Below, piece by piece: positions 58,201 through 64,000 of a stretch of 64,000 bases of DNA. The DNA lies in NCBI GenBank assembly GCA_042567505.1, contig JBHPJW010000005.1, positions 9,964-73,963 of the forward strand, in the 5' to 3' direction. The notes below the pieces were generated by a model. It had not been told where the DNA came from and searched no databases. It worked only from the letters and a program-made list of their open reading frames with translations. Each line of letters begins with the position of its first letter. Position 1 is the stretch's first letter. Origin of the DNA: Fibrobacterota bacterium. Its GTDB lineage: Bacteria; Fibrobacterota; Fibrobacteria; UBA11236; JADFYW01. Both the position numbers and the translations under genes were made by a program.

Positions 58201-59780
58201 GGAGGATTTGTGACCTGTGCAAACTGCTGTTTGAAATAATTATACAGCAAAAGCGGACGGTCCGACAGGACTGCCAGAGCCGCGTCATTACCCATGGATC
58301 CGACAGGTTCCTGGGCATTGGTCGCCATGGGCATGATGATCTGGTTGAGGTCTTCCAGCGTATATCCAAAGGCGTTCTGCCCGGTCTTTAATTCTTTTCT
58401 CGTTCTCTTTACCCGGCCAGGGGCCTGAACCAGCGTCCTGAGTTCAATGCGGTTGCCTTCAAGCCATCTCCGGTAGGGTTTTTTTCTGGATACAGATGCT
58501 TTGATCTCGTTATCGTAAATGATCCTTCCCTTTTGGGTGTCAACCAGAATCATCTTTCCCGGCCCCAGCCGCCCTTTGTGCACAACCTCTCCCGGCTCAA
58601 TGTCCAGGACTCCGGTTTCCGAGGCCATGATAAGCCGTCCTTTTCTGGTGACCGTGTACCTGGCGGGCCGCAGGCCGTTCCTGTCCAGCGTTGCCCCAAT
58701 TTTTACCCCATCTGTGAACGCCAGAGCGGCGGGCCCGTCCCAGGGTTCCATGACAGCGGCATGGTATTCATAAAATGCCCGTTTATCCTGGCTGATATGG
58801 TATCTGGAGCCGAAAGCCTCCGGAATCATCATCATGACGGAATGTTCCAGGGATCGGCCGCTCCTGTATAATAGCTCAAGCACATTATCAAAAGTCCCGG
58901 AATCACTCATGGTTTCATTAATGACAGGGAGAATTTTCCTTATATCATCTTTGAACACTTCAGAGGTTAAAGTTTGTTCCCTTGCTTTCATTTTATTGAT
59001 ATTCCCCCTCAGCGTGTTTATCTCCCCGTTATGGGCCACATGCCGGAAGGGTTGGGCCAGGTGCCAGGAAGGGAATGTGTTGGTGCTGAACCGCTGGTGC
59101 ACCAGCGCAAGGGCGCTCTTGAATTCCCTGCGGGCGAGATCAGGATAAAACTCCTGTAACTGGTATGCCAGGAGCATGCCTTTGTAAACCACTGTCCTGG
59201 AAGAGAAAGAGCATACATAAAATTCATGCAATCCATAACCTTCCTGAGCGGCCCTCCGCTCCATGCTTTTCCTCACCAGGAAGAGCTTGGTCTCCAGTGA
59301 TTGCCGGGATTGCGAGGGAAAACTGACAAACAACTGATGAATTTCAGGAAGAGTCTGACGGGAAAGTTCACCGAGGCAGGCGGGATTCCCAGGAACCTTT
59401 CTCCAGCCAAGCACGGATCCCTGTTCAAGGGAAAGGACCTCTTCAATGAGAGACACAGCCTTCTCTCTGGATCCGCTCCGGTGGGGGAGGAACAGCGAGG
59501 CCACGCCATATTCACCCTGCTGGGGCAGTTCGAACCCGAGTTTGCGGCATTCCAGCCGGAAGAATTCATCGGGAATCTGGGTGAGTATTCCAGCTCCATC
59601 GCCGGTTTTTTCATCTCCTCCCACAGCGCCCCGGTGGGCGAGGTTCATAAGGATGGTCAGCCCGTCAGAGACAATTTGGTGTGAAACGCCCCCCTTTACG
59701 TCGACGACAAATCCCACGCCGCAGCTGTCGTGTTCGTACCGGGGATCATAGAGACCCTGTTTTTTCATGTATCCTTTCAT
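55236..59780 (-). CDS. gltB: Glutamate synthase large subunit
   Basis: EHDSCGVG, HNGEINT, QGAKPGEGGQLP and CIMMRKCHLNTCPVG. Confidence 0.98.
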   Translation of the reverse strand: MKGYMKKQGLYDPRYEHDSCGVGFVVDVKGGVSHQIVSDGLTILMNLAHRGAVGGDEKTGDGAGILTQIPDEFFRLECRKLGFELPQQGEYGVASLFLPHRSGSREKAVSLIEEVLSLEQGSVLGWRKVPGNPACLGELSRQTLPEIHQLFVSFPSQSRQSLETKLFLVRKSMERRAAQEGYGLHEFYVCSFSSRTVVYKGMLLAYQLQEFYPDLARREFKSALALVHQRFSTNTFPSWHLAQPFRHVAHNGEINTLRGNINKMKAREQTLTSEVFKDDIRKILPVINETMSDSGTFDNVLELLYRSGRSLEHSVMMMIPEAFGSRYHISQDKRAFYEYHAAVMEPWDGPAALAFTDGVKIGATLDRNGLRPARYTVTRKGRLIMASETGVLDIEPGEVVHKGRLGPGKMILVDTQKGRIIYDNEIKASVSRKKPYRRWLEGNRIELRTLVQAPGRVKRTRKELKTGQNAFGYTLEDLNQIIMPMATNAQEPVGSMGNDAALAVLSDRPLLLYNYFKQQFAQVTNPPIDPYREHLVMSLMSFIGRERNLMEETSLHCRQLRLPHPILSNDDMDKIRGLDDSLLRPAVVPIFFRTEDGPDGMEKGLNSICSETERRVDEGYSLIVLSDRVADEDRVPIPAVLAVSAVHHHLVKAGKRQLSGLIIETGEAREVMHFAMLIGFGASAINPYLAFETIADLLSHGDVSDEFSIETGINNYITAIKKGILKIMSKMGISTIRSYRGAQIFEAVGLDSGLINAYFPGTPSRIEGISLETVAEESLARHRQAFSKIREQRYSLDSGGNIHFRSHSEKHLLNPEAIALIQKATRMNDYSLYREFSAKVNDASGNLCTLRGLFRFKTVRPVPLDEVEGEDVIMKRFVTPAMSLGSISEETHRTMAIAMNRLGLSSNSGEGGEDENRNHPLPDGETAKSMTRQVASARFGVSSNYLVHASELQIKISQGAKPGEGGQLPGYKVDEIIAKVRNATPGVMLISPPPHHDIYSIEDLAQLIFDLRNASPSARISVKLVAETGVGTVAAGVAKARADMVLISGHDGGTGASPVSSIKHAGIPWEIGLAETQQTLILNGLRDRIRIQVDGKLMTGRDVVIGALLGAEEFGFGTISVVTLGCIMMRKCHLNTCPVGVATQDPGLRKKFAGKPEYLINFLKFVARDVREIMAQLGARTLDELTGRTDLLETTHALQHWKSRGLDLSRIVRPPEELTRGPLSCTTSRGFDLSSVLDLDLIEMSGDALKDKKHIHHYLPIHNYDRTVGAMLSAEVSKRYGSRGLPVETIHFSFKGSAGQSFGAFLAPGIMLELEGDANDYVGKGLSGGCLVVYPPRLARFRPQNNIITGNVNLYGAISGEAYINGVAGERFAVRNSGATAVVEGVGDHGCEYMTGGIVAVLGKTGLNFAAGMSGGIAYVLDEDQLFDTKCNLEMVDIEPITEKEDFDTLFSLIHRHVYYTKSEYAGSILRDWTEMSMRFVKVIPVEYRNALERMKQGECKETETLPITEEVFR

Positions 59781-60329
59781 ATTGGGTCAGGGCCGTTAAC
59801 GCGCACATTGCCCGAACAACAGGGAAACAGGTTTATGGGCGTTTTTCTTCCAATCACTTGCTGCCATAAAGATAGATTACTGCTGATGTGAAAATTGTAG
59901 CTTTTAAAAAAATATTTTACTGTTGTTTGCCCTCCGGGGGGCCAGCCGCTTCCCCCCAGCCAAACAGTCTGAGGCGGAATTGAGGAGAGAGAATCGCCTC
60001 TTTTTATGTAAGTATAAAAATACACGCCCCGGTTTTTAACGTGCATGCTATCCGGAAATAACTTTTTTCACCCTGGTGAGAATAGTTTCCATCTTCTCGA
60101 GGTACATTCTCCTCTTTGTCAACCGGGGCGATTGCCTGTGTTCCTTTTCCAATTGCATGAATTTTATGTATGCCCTTTCCTTCCTCTCTCAGTGCGAATT
60201 ACATTACCTTGGGACGTGAATGTTTCAGCCTTATCCTTGCATCTTCTAATGTACAGCGGAAAACACACTAATTCTAATTGTTTGTTTCGATGTCCTTAAT
60301 AGGCGGTATCAATGGAAGCCAAAACGCCG

Positions 60330-61307
60330 TCAATCAGTCTTCATTTCCTCCGGTACAATTGCCAGCTTCATTCTTTGGGTGTGCCGGATGACGGAAATGG
60401 TGGTTTTTCTGTTTATGAGTTTTTCCTTCAGTAATCCCTGCAGGCTCTCAAGGCTGTTAACAGGCAGATTATGAAAGCCGATAATAAAGTCCCCATCCCG
60501 CAGGCCCGCTTTTTCCGCGGGACTGCCCTGCCCCACGCTGGTTACAAAGACGCATTGTTCCTGGACCAGATGGTGATGCCTTACCAGTTGACGGGGGAGC
60601 GGGACATTCTGCCCGCTCAGTCCGAGATAACTTCTGATAATCCGTCCTTCTTTCATCAATTTTGCCGTAACAAAACGGACCGTATTAACGGCAATGGCAA
60701 AACAGATGCCCTGAGCAGGCCTTATGATGGCCGTGTTCAATCCTATCACGTCGCCATCGGCATCCACCAGGGGCCCCCCTGAATTCCCCGGATTGAGCGC
60801 TGCATCGGTCTGAATAACATTTTCAATAATCCTGCCGGATGGCGTTTCCAGGGACCTTCCCAAGGCGCTTATTACTCCTGTAGTCACGGAGCATTGAAAT
60901 CCAAAGGGATTTCCCACCGCAATGGCCATCTGCCCAACCTGCAGCAGCTTTGAGTCGCCGAAATGGGCGGCCGTCAAGCCGGGAGCGTCAATGCGGATAA
61001 TGGCAATATCCGTAAATGGATCATTGCCAACCAGTTGGGACTGAAACCGGTTTCCATTGAGCAAGGTAACGTTTGCGGTGTCTGCTTTTCCGATGACATG
61101 ACTGTTGGTTATCACATAACCGTCCGGAGCTATGATAAAACCAGATCCGCTTCCCCCTCTTTCCGGTCTGGCGCCTTCTTTGTGGCGGCCTTTCTTCATG
61201 TTTTCCGGGGGCACATCGATTTTAACCACGGACGGGCTTATTTTTGAGGACGCGCTGATAACAGCCTGCGAATAGGCGTCCATGAGTTTTAGGTCTGCTT
61301 TCACCAT
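60330..61307 (-). CDS. HtrA/DegQ-like serine protease with one PDZ domain, no signal peptide
   Basis: GSGF, TNSHV, DIA and NPGNSGGPL; PDZ SPAEKAGL. Confidence 0.93.
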   Translation of the reverse strand: MVKADLKLMDAYSQAVISASSKISPSVVKIDVPPENMKKGRHKEGARPERGGSGSGFIIAPDGYVITNSHVIGKADTANVTLLNGNRFQSQLVGNDPFTDIAIIRIDAPGLTAAHFGDSKLLQVGQMAIAVGNPFGFQCSVTTGVISALGRSLETPSGRIIENVIQTDAALNPGNSGGPLVDADGDVIGLNTAIIRPAQGICFAIAVNTVRFVTAKLMKEGRIIRSYLGLSGQNVPLPRQLVRHHHLVQEQCVFVTSVGQGSPAEKAGLRDGDFIIGFHNLPVNSLESLQGLLKEKLINRKTTISVIRHTQRMKLAIVPEEMKTD

Positions 61308-61364
61308 GAGATTGTTTGTTATTTACCTGATGTTTTTGGATGGTCCTCTATTCTGATTATACAT

Positions 61365-61381
61365 ATCAAAGATCATGCCAG
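61365..61381 (-). promoter_or_regulatory. Possible sigma-54 promoter of the HtrA-like gene
   Basis: CTGGCATG-ATCT-TTGAT, one mismatch at the -12 GC. Confidence 0.45.
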
Positions 61382-61637
61382 GCGGACATCAGGAACCCTG
61401 TACAGGCATAGGAGGAGTATGCTGTTGATTTTATGGTTTTTCATGCTGGTTTACGCGTCCGGACCTGTGACACTGTCCCAAAATGAGAATTAGCAACGGC
61501 CCCTAAGCGTTCCATCATGGTACTTGTGTTCCTGGTTGGTTAATAATTTGTTATTTATCAAGAAACTGACTTATATTATGGACCATTAAAGTGGAACATT
61601 ATTTGCATTTATGAGTTCTGTCTGAGGAGGCGATATC

Positions 61638-62528
61638 GTGACAATGGAAGACTGGATAAACAAAGCGCTGCCGGAAATAACTTCTCAACTGGAAAAGAAC
61701 ATAAAAAGCGGCGTGCATGTGGAAACGGAAGGAGGATTGAACATCTCCGGACGGCAGGCGATTTATGACCTCCTTGATGACATGCTGTCCGCTCTGTTTC
61801 CCAGTGTTTTCAGTGCTGAAAGAGTGCCCAACAAGGACCTGAATTTTTTCCTGGGAGACGTTCTCAGACACGTCTGTTATAAACTGAGCAAGGTAACCAG
61901 GGAAGTGCTGGAATACCACTGCGCCAAGAACGACTGTGACGACTGCGATTGCGAGAACATTGCTGAAGAATCCACAAGGGCCGTTATGAAGTCTCTGCCT
62001 GAAATCCGCGTCAGGCTGACGGAAGACATATCTTCAGCTTATGAAGGAGATCCGGCGGCGGGTTCCGCCGATGAAATCCTGCTGGGATACCCATGTATAG
62101 AAGCGATTGCCACCTATCGCATCGCCCATGTGTTATATGAAATGGAGATCCCTATCATCCCCCGCATCATGGCTGAAAGGGCCCATTCAAAAACCGGCAT
62201 AGACATTCATCCTGGCGCCCGTATAGGAAAGCGTTTTTTCATCGACCATGGCACCGGCGTGGTTATCGGAGAGACCTGCACTATTGGAAATAACGTCAAG
62301 CTTTACCAGGGAGTGACCCTGGGGGCCCTGTCCCCATTTGACAAGGACGGAAAGCCCCTCAAGGGAAAGAAGCGCCATCCGGATATTCAAGATGACGTCA
62401 TTATTTATGCCAACGCCACTATTCTGGGAGGAGAAACCGTTATAGGAAAAGGCTCCATTATCGGAGGAAACACCTGGATTACCAGGTCTGTTCCGCCGGG
62501 GGAAGTTGTTTATAATAAGAACAAGTAA
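61638..62528 (+). CDS. cysE: Serine O-acetyltransferase (EpsC-type)
   Basis: GDPAA, TGIDIHPGA.IG..FFIDHGTGVVIGET and KRHP. Confidence 0.93.
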   Translation: MTMEDWINKALPEITSQLEKNIKSGVHVETEGGLNISGRQAIYDLLDDMLSALFPSVFSAERVPNKDLNFFLGDVLRHVCYKLSKVTREVLEYHCAKNDCDDCDCENIAEESTRAVMKSLPEIRVRLTEDISSAYEGDPAAGSADEILLGYPCIEAIATYRIAHVLYEMEIPIIPRIMAERAHSKTGIDIHPGARIGKRFFIDHGTGVVIGETCTIGNNVKLYQGVTLGALSPFDKDGKPLKGKKRHPDIQDDVIIYANATILGGETVIGKGSIIGGNTWITRSVPPGEVVYNKNK

Positions 62529-62652
62529 GTTGCCGAAGAACGGTAACGTCTGGCGGTGATAATGCCCGGGTTTATAATCGGTGACGGTTACGTAATCAAC
62601 GTATGGTTTCTTTGTTGTTGAATACGGTATAAACACTTGAAATACATAATGA

Positions 62653-62994
62653 TTAGGCATACAGCTTGTCGGTCTTGGCGGCCATGATGAAGTCATTCCT
62701 GTGCAGGCCTCTGATTTTATGCGACCACCAGGATACCTCCACTTTGCCATATTCCGTCACGATACTCGGGTGGTGTCCTTCCTCTTCAGCAATGACTCCC
62801 ACCTTTCCCGTAAAGGTCAAAGACTGGATGAAATCAGGGAATCTGAAGGTACGGACCAGGCGTTTTATTCCTCCAATCTCAACAATCTCCCAATCAAGTA
62901 CCTGGGAGTGGAGCGAGAGTTCCTCTTCCTCTGTCACCCGCGGAGCTCCCGCCCGGCAGGCCTCGCAGCTTGTCTCGGCAATGCTTTCCATCAT
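62653..62994 (-). CDS. phhB: Pterin-4a-carbinolamine dehydratase
   Basis: CEAC, AEEEGHHP and LH.NDFIMAAK.D. Confidence 0.92.
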   Translation of the reverse strand: MMESIAETSCEACRAGAPRVTEEEELSLHSQVLDWEIVEIGGIKRLVRTFRFPDFIQSLTFTGKVGVIAEEEGHHPSIVTEYGKVEVSWWSHKIRGLHRNDFIMAAKTDKLYA

Positions 62995-63088
62995 CCTTTT
63001 CCGTCTCAATCCTTTTTCCTATTAGTCTCATGACCATGTTTCTTCTTACGGCATTTCCGCACAGGTAAGGATTACGGGATTCTCCGGT

Positions 63089-63574
63089 TCAGGACCAGGT
63101 ATCAGCCAGTCCCCTGAATTTCGCGTCATTTAGCATGACGGTCATCAGAACCTTCACATGTTTTCTTTCCGCGTAAATAATGGCTTTGAGCCATTCGCTC
63201 TGCAGGGTCTCATTCAGTGTCATGTAGTGGAGCAACGAAGCCCTTTCAAAATTGAGCGCGCGCGCTAGTGCGTCCTTTGCTTCAAGTGTGGTGTCAACCC
63301 TCATAAGGTCAGGAGTAAAAAAAGCAGAAGGGGCGGTAGCCTGCAGGACCAGGGACTGTTCATCGTCCTCTTCAGGTGATTCTTCCGGAATTGAGTCCAG
63401 AATCCTGGTGAATTGCTGCTCATGGTCGGTTTCGTCTTTTGACAGTCGACTGAAAATTTCCGTCAGGTCCTCGTCATCTGCAAAGCGGTCCGCAAGCGCT
63501 CCATAAAAATCCGCGCCTTTTCGCTCGGTCTTAATTGCCTGTTCAATGGCTTTCTTTCCAGTAAATTTTGCCAT
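63089..63574 (-). CDS. Rubrerythrin-like ferritin-family protein
   Basis: AI.TE..G..FY, DE..H, ALNFE and ERKH. Confidence 0.85.
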   Translation of the reverse strand: MAKFTGKKAIEQAIKTERKGADFYGALADRFADDEDLTEIFSRLSKDETDHEQQFTRILDSIPEESPEEDDEQSLVLQATAPSAFFTPDLMRVDTTLEAKDALARALNFERASLLHYMTLNETLQSEWLKAIIYAERKHVKVLMTVMLNDAKFRGLADTWS

Positions 63575-63600
63575 AATAGTTTCATCCTTTCGTATTGAAA

Positions 63601-63999
63601 TTAAGTGGTTGCAAGGTTCTTGATAATATTTTTTATATGTCCGGGAGAGAGAGGTTTCTCAAAATAAAAATCAGCTCCGGCATCAAAGGAGTTCTTTTTT
63701 GTGTCACCAGTGCCATGTGCGGTCCAGAGTATGACAATAGATTCGGGATTTCGCGCTTTGGCATACCTGGTCAGCTTGAATCCGTCACTATTGAGGGAAT
63801 TTCCCAGTCTTAAATCAGTCAGCACCATTTTATAATTGTTCTGATCTATCAGGGTTCTGGCTGTTTCCAATGATGAACAGGTGTCGATGGCCATTTTTCT
63901 GGTTTTAAAGAGATTCCTGAAGGCAAAGGTCAAGGCATCCTCGTCATCGGCCATGAGCATCCGGTTGTCTAAAGTAGTATTTTCCCTTATCGCTTCCAT
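63601..63999 (-). CDS. Single-domain response regulator (may extend past the right edge)
   Basis: ADDE, TDLRL, TAHG and YFEKP. Confidence 0.88.
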   Translation of the reverse strand: MEAIRENTTLDNRMLMADDEDALTFAFRNLFKTRKMAIDTCSSLETARTLIDQNNYKMVLTDLRLGNSLNSDGFKLTRYAKARNPESIVILWTAHGTGDTKKNSFDAGADFYFEKPLSPGHIKNIIKNLATT

Positions 64000-64000
64000 A

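Noticed and set aside
59781-60329. Riboswitch or leader peptide upstream of gltB
   Set aside because: No recognisable aptamer consensus, and the short ORFs lack convincing RBS or features.

Overview
Bacterial chromosomal segment, probably from an anaerobic or microaerophilic diderm. FCB/Fibrobacterota-like affinity is only an inference from the secreted-protein C-terminus. The left ~15 kb holds envelope and hypothetical genes: a >1226-aa TPR protein running off the left edge, a 4-repeat acidic protein, a lone PD-(D/E)XK nuclease followed by a structured RNA-like element, a repeat lipoprotein, OmpA and a CsgG-like gene. From ~15 to 44 kb is a redox/oxygen-defence cluster: Crp/Fnr, mutM, ahpC, ferritin-like genes, zwf-pgl, ferritin, oxyR, an alternative sigma-70, hsp20, zupT, DHODH-like plus NifU, a clusterless mutY, cyoE, pntAB, Rrf2 and tal. 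Four OxyR boxes with identical promoter geometry can be read directly from the DNA. The cluster also carries a deletion scar that appears to remove an alternative-complex-III/oxidase operon. The right part has nqrA-F (both FMN motifs use Ser), a small AAA-DUF4143 islet bounded by a duplicated nqrF 3' end, an amber-interrupted gene, gltBD, an HtrA-like protease, cysE and phhB. Many intergenic regions contain short inverted-repeat cassettes. No rRNA, tRNA, CRISPR array, transposase or integrase was recognised. All calls were made by eye without database searches.
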